A stretch of DNA of 64,000 nt from an uncultured virus (IMG/VR IMGVR_UViG_3300025073_000045) (taxonomy: Duplodnaviria > Heunggongvirae > Uroviricota > Caudoviricetes). Below, piece after piece: positions 47,856 to 57,765 of this stretch. The stretch spans positions 1 to 64,000 of IMG/VR virus record IMGVR_UViG_3300025073_000045. One strand, written 5' to 3'. The position numbers were made by a program, and so were the translations under genes. The number at the start of each line of letters is the position of its first letter. Position 1 is the stretch's first letter. Under the pieces are notes generated by a model that was given only the letters and a program-made list of their open reading frames with translations, was not told the DNA's origin and searched no databases.

Positions 47856-48821
47856 TTACATCTTTAATTCTTTTAAGAATTTTTTTACTGTTTCTCTACA
47901 TAATGCATAGGGTTTAAATAAAGAACTAAATCCAATTAAATTATATTGTGCGACTGATTTAATTGATGTCCTAACTAATTCTCTTTTAGAAGAAGTTGAC
48001 TCCGAATACCATTTTTGAGTAGCAACATCATAAACTAATACTTTCTTACTCATTGAAGTACATAAAGCATAAATAGCAGTATGATAACCATCAATAAATT
48101 CGCCGTCCGATGGGTTCACAATACTAGAAACCATTATTACTATCTCACTATCTCTAATCATCATGCAAGTGCGTCTCATTAAGTCATTTAATTCCTCAGT
48201 ATACAATGGCCACATAATATTTGATTCAATAATATATTTATCTTGAGAAGCTAAATCTTCTACGAACAATATTTTCTTTTCAATTCCTGGTATTCCAGAT
48301 TCATGCTTAGATATATATTGACGAAGTTCAAATCCAGAATCAATAAGATCTTTATCTATTGATGATTCATCACATACAGACAATATTCTTTTCTTATCAT
48401 TAAAATCATTTATTTCTTTATACTCTGTATTAGCTTTGTAAACATCACTTATTATTTCTTGTGTCCATGAATGAGACTCTTCAAATGTAATATCAAATCC
48501 TAATCTTATGGCATGAGCAATATTCTGACTCATACAATCAGGGTCAATTTCTGTATTGGCTGGTATAGAGAATATAAGCTTCTTTGTAACCATTTTATGC
48601 TTTATCAACTCAAAAACATTGAAAAATTCTATTAATGCCTTCTCCATTAAAGCATTGTCATCAAGTATGTATTCAGTTCTTTTAATAATCTTTGCTTTTT
48701 TTCCCACCGAATACCATATAAAGCCATAAGATCTTTTTATATTTAGTAAACCTTTTTCTTCTTTACCATAAAGAGCAATGATATGGGCATTTGAGTTCAT
48801 ATCTATTTTAGATAGATCCAT
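47856..48821 (-). CDS. Hypothetical protein with a degenerate SLOG-like C-terminal domain
   Basis: RR...IRDSE.V......G..TA.......KKVLVYD....KWY. Confidence 0.4.
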   Translation of the reverse strand: MDLSKIDMNSNAHIIALYGKEEKGLLNIKRSYGFIWYSVGKKAKIIKRTEYILDDNALMEKALIEFFNVFELIKHKMVTKKLIFSIPANTEIDPDCMSQNIAHAIRLGFDITFEESHSWTQEIISDVYKANTEYKEINDFNDKKRILSVCDESSIDKDLIDSGFELRQYISKHESGIPGIEKKILFVEDLASQDKYIIESNIMWPLYTEELNDLMRRTCMMIRDSEIVIMVSSIVNPSDGEFIDGYHTAIYALCTSMSKKVLVYDVATQKWYSESTSSKRELVRTSIKSVAQYNLIGFSSLFKPYALCRETVKKFLKELKM

Positions 48822-49026
48822 TTCCTAAATCCTCAATAATTACATAATTACTTTCAAAATCTACTTTTAAAATCCAAAAATTATTATGAGGTCCAAGTGA
48901 AGTTTTGATAATACTTATGTGATAAGAAGTAACAGTCATTTCACCCACATGAAACTTTTCAATACCATTATCTTGATTGATAATATCTTTTACTAAATAA
49001 CTATGAAATAATTCTAATTCTTTCAT
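48808..49026 (-). CDS. Hypothetical protein
   Basis: AGGA RBS, 72 aa. Confidence 0.55.
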   Translation of the reverse strand: MKELELFHSYLVKDIINQDNGIEKFHVGEMTVTSYHISIIKTSLGPHNNFWILKVDFESNYVIIEDLGNGSI

Positions 49027-49049
49027 CTAATTTTATCCTTCTGTAAGTT

Positions 49050-49090
49050 AAAAATTAGGCTTCCAACAGCGGGAGGTTCAATTGGAAGCC
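49050..49090 (-). terminator. Terminator after the DUF932-like gene
   Basis: Stem ggcttccaa/ttggaagcc; taattttt tail on the - strand. Confidence 0.6.
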
Positions 49091-49095
49091 ATTAT

Positions 49096-50106
49096 TTATT
49101 CTGCTTCATCTAAAGCATTAAATAATAGATTACCAGCAAAAGTTTGAACTTTTCTTGAAATTCCAGCATCTTTTGTAAGATTACTACCATAATTAGTAAT
49201 ATTATAGTAGAGATCATATTGTGAGTGAGTAAGCAACCTTTCTTCATCTTCCTCAGATTTTTCACTGATCATGGCATACTCATTGTAAATTGCGCTTCCC
49301 ATAAGAAGCTGAGTGTCATCACCAATAATTCTTGAAAATCTTTTATCAATTTTCTTCAAAGCTGCAAACTCAATCATATTTTCATCAAGATATTTAAAGG
49401 CATTTTCAAGCTCTTCTTTACTTAAAACCATCTTTTTAACCTTTTCAATGAAAGCTTCAAGTAATGTATTTACATCATTTCTTGATTTAAGATTCAATTT
49501 TTCTCTTCCAATGCTACGTGGAGCAATTGCTCCATTTGTACACCTCAAAGTCCAAAGTTCCATGAAAGCTTGAGTTACAGATGAACAAGTTGGGAAGTGC
49601 ATTATTGAAGAACCAATTTTATGGATATCACCCACAGATGCAACTTCTAATCCGTTTTCAGGTATGATTTCCATTTTCAACCAATGATTGGTGAACATAA
49701 ACCTTGAACCTTCCTTAATCTTATTAATGAAGGCAAAATTAGAAATGTTTGTTAAGCGTGAGTTGTCATTCATATCAATGATGGTTTCAGATTCAGGTTT
49801 GAAGTAAGTGTCCAGTCTGTCAAGTTCTCTTTCTTTTGAAAGCCTGTTAACATCAAAGATTAGTTGATCGGTTGGAACCATCTTTGCATAACCCCAAGGA
49901 ATTTTGAGAGTTGAGCACAGATTCATAAATCCGCTTTCAGAGATTTTGAAAGGATTTCCTTGAAGAGTTAATTCTCCATTATCAGTAATTTTCAAATCTC
50001 TAAAAAGTAATTGGGCTTTTTCATAATCAGTAGATTTTTCTGCATAAGCTAAAGCTTCATCATAGCTTTTTGTAGAAAAATGATCATCTTCTTGTAAGTC
50101 TAACAT
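49096..50106 (-). CDS. DUF932-like protein
   Basis: LC..LKIP..Y, LRCTNGAI, YDLY..IT, AG.L motifs. Confidence 0.6.
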   Translation of the reverse strand: MLDLQEDDHFSTKSYDEALAYAEKSTDYEKAQLLFRDLKITDNGELTLQGNPFKISESGFMNLCSTLKIPWGYAKMVPTDQLIFDVNRLSKERELDRLDTYFKPESETIIDMNDNSRLTNISNFAFINKIKEGSRFMFTNHWLKMEIIPENGLEVASVGDIHKIGSSIMHFPTCSSVTQAFMELWTLRCTNGAIAPRSIGREKLNLKSRNDVNTLLEAFIEKVKKMVLSKEELENAFKYLDENMIEFAALKKIDKRFSRIIGDDTQLLMGSAIYNEYAMISEKSEEDEERLLTHSQYDLYYNITNYGSNLTKDAGISRKVQTFAGNLLFNALDEAE

Positions 50107-50167
50107 ATTCAATTCTCCCGAATTATTTTTGTTAATTGTTAAAACAAATATAATTCATCAGTTTCAT

Positions 50168-50626
50168 CTATAAAAATCTCTCCATCTTATAAATAAATTG
50201 AATCTTTTCAATCCTATTTCTAAAAATCAGTACTATAGGCCATTCTTTATTCATACCTCTAATATTTTCTGGTCTATCATGTCTAATCCAATGTATTCTG
50301 CAGACATGTCCTTGATGCTTAATGAGAATTTTAAACTGAGCATATGTATTAATATTTAAGATTTCAATACTATACATATCAAAAAGTCTTATAATCTCAT
50401 TTAATAAATCATTTATAGAGTGATCAGATATGATAATTATATTTTCATTACTATTATTCATAATTACATTAACTAGATTCATAAGTTCAGCAGTGGTAGC
50501 ACCACTTCTATATGGAACCATCTCTTCCATTTTCCACGCATGATAATGTAATAAATCTATATTAAGATTAGGATCATTATTCCCATACATTTTTTTAAAT
50601 ACTTCTAGCATATTTAAATCTCTCAT
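50168..50626 (-). CDS. Hypothetical protein
   Basis: Overlap-coupled ORF. Confidence 0.55.
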   Translation of the reverse strand: MRDLNMLEVFKKMYGNNDPNLNIDLLHYHAWKMEEMVPYRSGATTAELMNLVNVIMNNSNENIIIISDHSINDLLNEIIRLFDMYSIEILNINTYAQFKILIKHQGHVCRIHWIRHDRPENIRGMNKEWPIVLIFRNRIEKIQFIYKMERFL

Positions 50627-50916
50627 AGTGATAATCCTAAAGATTTTGCTAACTCTCTTTTATATGCAATCTCTTTAATTAATGCTTCCATTAGCATAGC
50701 TTTTGGTCCTCCGCCAATCATAATACCATCAATAATAGATACTTTTAATTGAGTTGATACTATATAGTGACTTTGCCACCAGATAAAACTGATACCTTCT
50801 TGACGCTCACTTATTTTAATCTGCTCCATATGCTTAGGCAAAGGAATTGATGCTATTACAATTTCTAAAACTTCTTCTCTTGAATATTCTTTTAAATTCA
50901 TTTTATTACTCATCAA
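50623..50916 (-). CDS. Hypothetical protein
   Basis: Overlap-coupled ORF. Confidence 0.55.
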   Translation of the reverse strand: MMSNKMNLKEYSREEVLEIVIASIPLPKHMEQIKISERQEGISFIWWQSHYIVSTQLKVSIIDGIMIGGGPKAMLMEALIKEIAYKRELAKSLGLSL

Positions 50917-51163
50917 ATAAGTTATTTAATCTATCATCTTTATGTTCATACTTAATTTTAACTCTATTATAAAGCTCAATACCTTTTTCATCATCTTCTA
51001 AAAGCCTACAAATCAAATTTCTATCTAATCCATCTAAATCTTGATAATTACTTAAGTCATCATTCCCACGTTTTATAATTGATAAGACAGTTTTAATCTC
51101 TTCTTGGTCATAATTATGTCTACCTTCACTAAAATATTCAATTAATTCAGATTTAAGTGACAT
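50906..51163 (-). CDS. Hypothetical protein
   Basis: GAGG RBS. Confidence 0.6.
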   Translation of the reverse strand: MSLKSELIEYFSEGRHNYDQEEIKTVLSIIKRGNDDLSNYQDLDGLDRNLICRLLEDDEKGIELYNRVKIKYEHKDDRLNNLFDE

Positions 51164-51165
51164 AT

Positions 51166-51402
51166 TTACCTCTTTCTCCCATCTTCATATATTAAAGCAT
51201 CAAATAATTTTGTAGCAATTTCTTTATTAATCTTTTTTAAGAATCGATAGCTAATATAAATGCCTTCTTGTTTACCTCTTTCATAAGAAAGACTTAATCC
51301 TCCAGAAATACCTGCAGGACTTATAGCTTTAACTTTCTGGCCTCTAAAGGTCTTTGCTATAAAATTGCTTCTTATGTCTGCTATATTATCTTTTCTTGAC
51401 AT
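51166..51402 (-). CDS. Hypothetical protein
   Basis: GGAG RBS before the ATG at 51402. Confidence 0.55.
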   Translation of the reverse strand: MSRKDNIADIRSNFIAKTFRGQKVKAISPAGISGGLSLSYERGKQEGIYISYRFLKKINKEIATKLFDALIYEDGRKR

Positions 51403-51403
51403 T

Positions 51404-54400
51404 TTATTCTCCAAATCTATTTTTGAATATTTCAAGCTCAGATTCTAACTTAACTTTAATTCTATCAAGTGGTAACCATTTTGTATCTTTCACTACCATT
51501 AAATTAGGTATAATTGGTTTAAGCATATCAATCTCATTAACATGTAAGTATCCATCTGCTTCATCATGGACAGTGAACAGACAACAGGATTTTAATTGAT
51601 TATCCTTGAAATATTCTCTAATTCTCATGAAGCCACATTGAGCAATATCACTTGCTGCTCCTTGAATGATGCTGTTAATACCCTGTCTAAAAGCTTCTTC
51701 CCAAGCAGCATTATTTGTGGAATTAACTTCTGGTAATCGTCTAATCCTACCTAATTTTGAAATTAAGAACCCTGTGGACAGTGCAAAATCTCTAACTTCA
51801 GATTGAAATTCAGCTGTTCTATGGTACCGGCTCCAGAACCACTTTGAATGGTCTGCTGCTAATGTTAAATCGACTTTCTCTTCACCTCTTTCAAGTTTTT
51901 CATTAATTGAAGAAACTTTTTTATCATCAGAACCACCATATAGACCACCAAAATTACAAAGTTTAGTAAGTTTTCTATATCTTTTCATTTGAGGATCTTT
52001 AGAATCATATTCAAGATTTTGTCCATGATAAAATAAATCAAGAGCTGCCATCCAGTGAATGTCTCTTCCAGCTTCAATATCATCTAACATATTAAAGTCT
52101 TGTGCGTGATCTGCCATTAATCTTAATTCTGCTTGTGAAAGATCTGCTGAGAAAAATTTATATTCATCAGATGGTGGGGCAAATATACCTCTAATATTTG
52201 ATTTAGGCGTTTTCTTGGGTAAATTTTGTACATTTGGGGTTGAACTTAATCTTCCAGATGTAGTGCCAACTACTTTCATTGAGAAATGTAATCTATTAGT
52301 CGATTCATCTAGTCTTGATAATAATTTTTTACCTTCAAGATAAGTATTTATCATTTTTGCTTTTTTCTTATACTCAAGAATATCTTCTAATAAAGTTGCT
52401 CTTAATTGATATTCTTCTTTATCTTCTGGTGATGAACTGATTGATTCAACTTTGTTATATGAGAATTCTAATAATTGTTTTAATGTATCTTGATCTGTTG
52501 AAGCATCATCACTGTCAATGACTTTGTTATATTTTCCTTTTGATTTTTTATAAAGACCTTTATCTATTGCAGCATTAGTTGGTTTTACAGGTTCAAAATC
52601 TAACTTCTCAAATAAAACTATCTTTAATTGGTTAGAAGAATTTATATTAAATAACTTACCGGATTCATCAAGAGGTTCTGGAATAATAGGTTTTACTTGC
52701 TTAAAAATATTCTCTTCCAATTCTTCCATTCTATCTTTATATTCTTCAGCAGTTCTTGTAGCATATTCTCTATCAAAGTATACTCCTTCAATTTCAGCAT
52801 CCATATAATGTTTTTGAAGAGGCATGTAAAAATCAAATAAGTATTGTTTTAATAATGCTGCTCCATGATATTTCTTTTCAAGTTTATCAATCTCTTCCAT
52901 GCCTTCATTAAATATTCGTAATGTAGCATCAGCATCTTTTGCACCATAAATACCTAACTTATTTAATCCAATATCAGAATAGTTTTCAACTTCTTTCTTT
53001 TCTTCAGTAAGATTACTGTAGACTTCATTTTTGTATCCGGCTAAATCTGGATATCTTGCTGATAGAAAATCAAGCGATTTTTCTTTGTTTTCATTGATTA
53101 TATATGTCATAATCATTGTATCACAATAGAAATTCTTTATTACTATTCCAAATTGAACTTGTAAGAAAGTAGCATCAAATTTACCATTATGCAATACTTT
53201 TTTGATCTTTTCATCTTCAAGTAAATCTTTCAAAAGTGAGATTACTTCATCGATGTCATCACCAAAAATGAAGTAGAATTGTTCATCTTCAAGGTATGCT
53301 AATTCCGGATCATGATCTACATATTCTTTTAAGATCTTGCCTTTAACATAGAGAGGTACATAAAAACCTTCTCCATGCTTATTTGAGAATGAAATACCAA
53401 TTATGAAATCTTTATGAGAACCATATTCTCTTTCCTTATAACCTTTTCTTTTTTTATCTTTTATAGTTATAAATTCTTTATAATTAAAACCAGATGTTTC
53501 AATATCAGTTGATAGTAATTCGCTTTGCTTCATACTTAACATTAGAGACTTAAAATCATTAATATTATCAATAATTTTATATGTACCTTTTGGAATGTCA
53601 GGAGTAAATCCAATTAGCCTATTCTCCATTGAATCCATAAAAAGCTGAATTTTTAACTCATCATAAAATTTAGTACCAGGATTAAAAAATGAAGGGTGGT
53701 AAGTTATATAGAAAGATAAATTAAGTTCTGGTAAGAAGTTATAATCTTTTGATTCAAACTTTGTATTAAGATGACCATCCACTTTTAGTTTCTTTTTTGT
53801 CACTTGTTCAATAGCATTATTACCACATAGAATTAATATTGGAGGTTCTGCTCCAAGATTTGCATTTAGTTCTGTTATATGCATTATGAAATTTTCTAAA
53901 TAAGGTCTACAATGATTTGAAGCATCTTTATTGAATTTACTCGATTCACCTCTACATAAATGTATAGAGGTAATTGCATAATTAGTCATCTCAAGGTCAT
54001 TTAATGCTTGAATAAAATTTTGACCATCATTCCCTTTAGTGAGCATTAAAGCTTTTCCGACGTGTTGAACTAATGCTCCTTTATCAGTGATAAAAATAAA
54101 CTCAATTGGAGAATCAACAGCATTAAGATTAAACCAAGAACCATATGAAGGAGAAAACTTATGGTATTTTGCATCTTTATAGAATGGACAGCCATCACAA
54201 ACTGAAGGTTCTTCATCAAAATGAAATTCTGTGGGTTCAAATCCTAGTAAACTAAGGTATGATTCTTGAGCTTTTTCATTGATCTTTGCTTTATCTCTTC
54301 TAGATTGTTTTTCTTTTTCATAAGATTTATACTTATATTCTTTAAATGTTGATTTAAGTAAGTGAGGTAAATCATAGTAAAATTGTTGTGGAGTTCTCAT
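51404..54400 (-). CDS. polA: Family A DNA polymerase with a 3'-5' exonuclease and an N-terminal uracil-DNA-glycosylase-like domain
   Basis: Exonuclease DIETSG, HNGKFD, YGAKDADAT; polymerase TTSGRLSS, DLSQAELR, K..NFG..YG, VHDE; N-terminal CxxC...C...C and YHPS. Confidence 0.92.
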   Translation of the reverse strand: MRTPQQFYYDLPHLLKSTFKEYKYKSYEKEKQSRRDKAKINEKAQESYLSLLGFEPTEFHFDEEPSVCDGCPFYKDAKYHKFSPSYGSWFNLNAVDSPIEFIFITDKGALVQHVGKALMLTKGNDGQNFIQALNDLEMTNYAITSIHLCRGESSKFNKDASNHCRPYLENFIMHITELNANLGAEPPILILCGNNAIEQVTKKKLKVDGHLNTKFESKDYNFLPELNLSFYITYHPSFFNPGTKFYDELKIQLFMDSMENRLIGFTPDIPKGTYKIIDNINDFKSLMLSMKQSELLSTDIETSGFNYKEFITIKDKKRKGYKEREYGSHKDFIIGISFSNKHGEGFYVPLYVKGKILKEYVDHDPELAYLEDEQFYFIFGDDIDEVISLLKDLLEDEKIKKVLHNGKFDATFLQVQFGIVIKNFYCDTMIMTYIINENKEKSLDFLSARYPDLAGYKNEVYSNLTEEKKEVENYSDIGLNKLGIYGAKDADATLRIFNEGMEEIDKLEKKYHGAALLKQYLFDFYMPLQKHYMDAEIEGVYFDREYATRTAEEYKDRMEELEENIFKQVKPIIPEPLDESGKLFNINSSNQLKIVLFEKLDFEPVKPTNAAIDKGLYKKSKGKYNKVIDSDDASTDQDTLKQLLEFSYNKVESISSSPEDKEEYQLRATLLEDILEYKKKAKMINTYLEGKKLLSRLDESTNRLHFSMKVVGTTSGRLSSTPNVQNLPKKTPKSNIRGIFAPPSDEYKFFSADLSQAELRLMADHAQDFNMLDDIEAGRDIHWMAALDLFYHGQNLEYDSKDPQMKRYRKLTKLCNFGGLYGGSDDKKVSSINEKLERGEEKVDLTLAADHSKWFWSRYHRTAEFQSEVRDFALSTGFLISKLGRIRRLPEVNSTNNAAWEEAFRQGINSIIQGAASDIAQCGFMRIREYFKDNQLKSCCLFTVHDEADGYLHVNEIDMLKPIIPNLMVVKDTKWLPLDRIKVKLESELEIFKNRFGE

Positions 54401-54451
54401 ATTAATCCTTGAATAGAACAATTATTTTATTAACTTAACAAATATAAATCA

Positions 54452-55222
54452 TCAGTTAATCATTTTTGAGTTTTGACTATTTGTATGCAATCCTTTATTA
54501 AGCTGTATAGCTTTCCCAGCTTCAAATCCATGTTTTAATCCATTATTTGAAGATGAAGTTTGCATCTTTTTTTCTTTTTGGTCTTTTAATTGGGCATTAA
54601 TTACTGCATCAATTTCAATATCTTCTCTCTTAATTAAAGAAGTCATTATATTTGATTCTGCCATCATTCTATTCTTTTCGTCTGTAAGTTTTTTATTAAT
54701 CCCCATCACAGCTCCTTGAAGAAAAGATCTTATATAAGTATTTTTAGTATCACTAGTATTTGATAATGAATGAGTATTCCAAGAGGTTTTTGCTAGCTCT
54801 AATAATACAACTTCAAGATAACCAATTAAGTATTTAACTATTTCAATATTCACTCTTTTACCAAAAATCATTACTCCAAAAATAAAATTCTTTCTAGTGG
54901 AAAATACTACTTTACATAAATTATGTTTACTAATGATCATATATAGAAGTTGAACCCAATTACCTTCATTTTTACGTTTATTTTTAAATATTCCATCTTC
55001 AAATACAATACCTGGTAAAGCTGTTTCATCATATTCAATCTTTGATTTCTCTGAAAATTTAATTTCAGAAAGCTCTAAGTTATATTTAAGAAGAATTTCA
55101 TTAATTCTGGCTGCAGCATTCTCTGCTTCATGAATTGAGCCTATTTTTTCTGCACCTTCTTTTAGATTCATTAATTTTTTTAATACATCGTAAATCTTTT
55201 TTGGTATTTGATCTTCAGACAT
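54452..55222 (-). CDS. DUF2786-domain protein
   Basis: KKL..L.......HEAENAAA....L.KYNL; SFLQGAV.GI. Confidence 0.7.
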   Translation of the reverse strand: MSEDQIPKKIYDVLKKLMNLKEGAEKIGSIHEAENAAARINEILLKYNLELSEIKFSEKSKIEYDETALPGIVFEDGIFKNKRKNEGNWVQLLYMIISKHNLCKVVFSTRKNFIFGVMIFGKRVNIEIVKYLIGYLEVVLLELAKTSWNTHSLSNTSDTKNTYIRSFLQGAVMGINKKLTDEKNRMMAESNIMTSLIKREDIEIDAVINAQLKDQKEKKMQTSSSNNGLKHGFEAGKAIQLNKGLHTNSQNSKMIN

Positions 55223-55254
55223 CTTTATTTACCTTAGGCTGATTTAACCATTCA

Positions 55255-55494
55255 TTAACTGTCATTTTTAAACTCTTCTATTATTTCAATGTATAGATTT
55301 TTAAACTTACAACAAGGAATTTTCGACAAATCAATAGTAGCAGACTTAACTACATGTTTTTGATTTTCAAAATTAATATAATAAATATAACTTATCTCTC
55401 CTAACTCATCAATTTTAGTTTCTTTTTCAAGAAAAGAATTTATTACTGTGATAGGTTTTTTATTCTTTATAACTACTACAAGATACCTTTTCAC
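55255..55494 (-). CDS. Hypothetical protein
   Basis: GTGA overlap with the deaminase gene. Confidence 0.5.
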   Translation of the reverse strand: MKRYLVVVIKNKKPITVINSFLEKETKIDELGEISYIYYINFENQKHVVKSATIDLSKIPCCKFKNLYIEIIEEFKNDS

Positions 55495-55949
55495 CTAGAA
55501 CTACCTAATAAAAGATTAGTTATTGGGATAATTTGTTGCATAATAAAATTAGGATGAGCTTGAGAGATTTCATCAAGTACTCTGTTTCTTTCAGCAGATT
55601 GATATTCCTTAATATAATATATTTCTGTTACATTTGCAGTTACAAGTAATTTTAGACAATCTAAACAAGGTTGATGTGTTATATATGCTTTTAGTTGAGG
55701 ATATCTTCTTGTTAGGTTAGCAACTGCTGCTACTTCAGCATGAGGACATCTTTTACAATGCCCATCAACCATTAAACAGCCTACATCTATACAATGAGCT
55801 GTGCCTTTTACTGATGAATTATATCCCACAGAAGCAATTCTATTATCATTTACTAAAACACAACCAACTTGTAATCTATTACAAGTTCCTCTTAATGCTG
55901 TTAATTGTGCAATAGCCATAAAATAATCCTGTCTTGTGATTCTACTCAT
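55491..55949 (-). CDS. dCMP deaminase (ComEB-like)
   Basis: TC.RLQVGCV, GYN, HAE, PCLDC. Confidence 0.92.
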   Translation of the reverse strand: MSRITRQDYFMAIAQLTALRGTCNRLQVGCVLVNDNRIASVGYNSSVKGTAHCIDVGCLMVDGHCKRCPHAEVAAVANLTRRYPQLKAYITHQPCLDCLKLLVTANVTEIYYIKEYQSAERNRVLDEISQAHPNFIMQQIIPITNLLLGSSR

Positions 55950-57337
55950 TTTGAGTTCCTCATTGTGTTAAATAGTTTTTCTGGATCTTTGACTTTAGTA
56001 TAAAAATTATTACCATCTATTATATTTTCTAATAAATCCATATTATTTTTTTCTTTATCAATTTCTACTCTTTCTTCATCAGTTAATAAAACTTCAAGTT
56101 TTGGGTGTGATTCAATAAGCATTAACATGTGGGAGAATTTTGTCAGATTTTTCATATTGTAGTTTTTGACAATTGACGTAGTCCTGTTTTTCCTTACCAT
56201 ATCCAAATTAATCTTAAAGCCATCAATAATATCAACTGGAATTTTTTCAATATTATCTGCTTTCTCAACACAATCTAGTATATCTGATTTAATAAATACT
56301 TCTTTCAAGAAGATTACTTTATCAATACTATCTAATGTTTCTATTTTATTTTTTGACTTTTTTAGATAATCATCAGGATCTAATCCATCTGGAAGTATTA
56401 ATATATCAAAATCTAAACCTGCCATAATACATGACTTAGCAGAAAACATACAAGCTGTAAAACCTCCCTCATCTCCATCAAATAAAAATGTTACTTTATT
56501 AGTATATCTCCTTATAAGTCTTGCTTGTTCAATAGTTAATGCAGAACCAAAGATAGAAACCGTATTAAAATAATGTCTTTGATGCATTCTTATTTTCCCA
56601 AGAAAGCCCTCTACTAAATAGCAGTTTCCCATCTCAATAATAGATTTTCTTGCTTGAGGTAAACCAAATACCATTTCTCTCCTATTGAAGAAACGATTAT
56701 TTTTAATATTTTTATATTTATCTTCACTGTCAATTAAAGTTCTGCCAGAAAATCCAATGGTACCAATGTTCGACGTAATAGGAATCATAATCCTGTTTGA
56801 AAATCTAGAAGGATTTATCTCGTTTACTGTTCCTGCATATTTTGAATCAATGAAGTTTAAATCTATCAACTGTTGTTTAAAATCTGGAAAAGCATTATAA
56901 AGAGCATAAAGATTTTCATTTGCATAGCCGAGTTTAAATTCAATAGCCATCTCATCGGGAATTTCTCTATCATCTAAAAACTTAATACCTCTTGGTAGAT
57001 TGATCTGCTCGTGGTAATATTCAGTGATTTGATTAAGTAAATCTAGATCTCCAAGTTCAACTTCAATACCTGCAAGTTTTGCTACTCTTTTTATACTTTC
57101 TTGAAAATTAATTTTATCAATGTATTCTACAAACTTAAATACATCGCCACCTTTTTTACACCCAAAGCAATAAAAAAGTTGTTTAACACCATTTACACTA
57201 AAAGAGGGATTTTGATCTCCCTCATGGAATGGGCATTGTGCCCTCATGTCAGAATAGTTTGAGTCACGCTCAATCTTTATATATTGAGATATGATATCTT
57301 CAATCTTTACTTTATCTTTTAATTCTTTCGTGTTCAA
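55946..57337 (-). CDS. dnaG: DnaG-type DNA primase
   Basis: CHC2 finger CPFH...CFGC, RFSNRIMIPI, GFSGR, KYKN, TOPRIM VEG...FDGD, DPDD. Confidence 0.92.
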   Translation of the reverse strand: MNTKELKDKVKIEDIISQYIKIERDSNYSDMRAQCPFHEGDQNPSFSVNGVKQLFYCFGCKKGGDVFKFVEYIDKINFQESIKRVAKLAGIEVELGDLDLLNQITEYYHEQINLPRGIKFLDDREIPDEMAIEFKLGYANENLYALYNAFPDFKQQLIDLNFIDSKYAGTVNEINPSRFSNRIMIPITSNIGTIGFSGRTLIDSEDKYKNIKNNRFFNRREMVFGLPQARKSIIEMGNCYLVEGFLGKIRMHQRHYFNTVSIFGSALTIEQARLIRRYTNKVTFLFDGDEGGFTACMFSAKSCIMAGLDFDILILPDGLDPDDYLKKSKNKIETLDSIDKVIFLKEVFIKSDILDCVEKADNIEKIPVDIIDGFKINLDMVRKNRTTSIVKNYNMKNLTKFSHMLMLIESHPKLEVLLTDEERVEIDKEKNNMDLLENIIDGNNFYTKVKDPEKLFNTMRNSK

Positions 57338-57593
57338 TTCTTATACTAATTTTAATAGGAAACCATTTAATAAAATTATAATAGAGTATTTTTAATTGAA
57401 TAAATATAATTCTACGTTTATTTTTCTCTTCTTTCATAAGCATTTCTAATATACCTACGTATCCTATTCCCTCTAATTGATGTTGACCATAGCCTAGAAG
57501 TGCTAATTTTAGTTTGACTTTGTTTACTTTTAAACAAGTTTTCTCATCTTCAATCATACCTAAATATGTATTAACTACTCTGTTTGATTCCAT
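57312..57593 (-). CDS. Hypothetical protein
   Basis: The ATG at 57593 gives an ORF filling the gap between neighbours. Confidence 0.4.
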   Translation of the reverse strand: MESNRVVNTYLGMIEDEKTCLKVNKVKLKLALLGYGQHQLEGIGYVGILEMLMKEEKNKRRIIFIQLKILYYNFIKWFPIKISIRIEHERIKR

Positions 57594-57765
57594 TTTTCTT
57601 AGCCTTAAATAATAAATATTTATTAAATTTTCTTTTAACCTTCCAAGCAAAATATATTGCTGTTATGTTTTGAAAATAATGTAACCCTATAAATGATGCA
57701 AATGGAGAAGATGCTATCTCATATAATAAAAATTCAGAAACTTGCTCTTTTTGTTCTTGTGTCAT
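57571..57765 (-). CDS. Hypothetical protein
   Basis: GGAG RBS, ATGA overlap. Confidence 0.5.
   Translation of the reverse strand: MTQEQKEQVSEFLLYEIASSPFASFIGLHYFQNITAIYFAWKVKRKFNKYLLFKAKKNGIKQSS

Noticed and set aside
47839..47870. TTGACA on the + strand as a promoter
   Set aside because: No acceptable -10 element at 16-18 nt, and it would point antisense to the local genes.
55659..55673. Reassignment of TGT/TGC codons as an explanation for the Cys-collagen
   Set aside because: The same codons encode essential Zn-ligand cysteines in dCMP deaminase (PCLDC, TGT) and the primase finger, so they are read as Cys.
44636..57337. Inteins or introns in RecA, PolA or primase
   Set aside because: No intein terminal motifs or LAGLIDADG blocks; catalytic motifs are contiguous.
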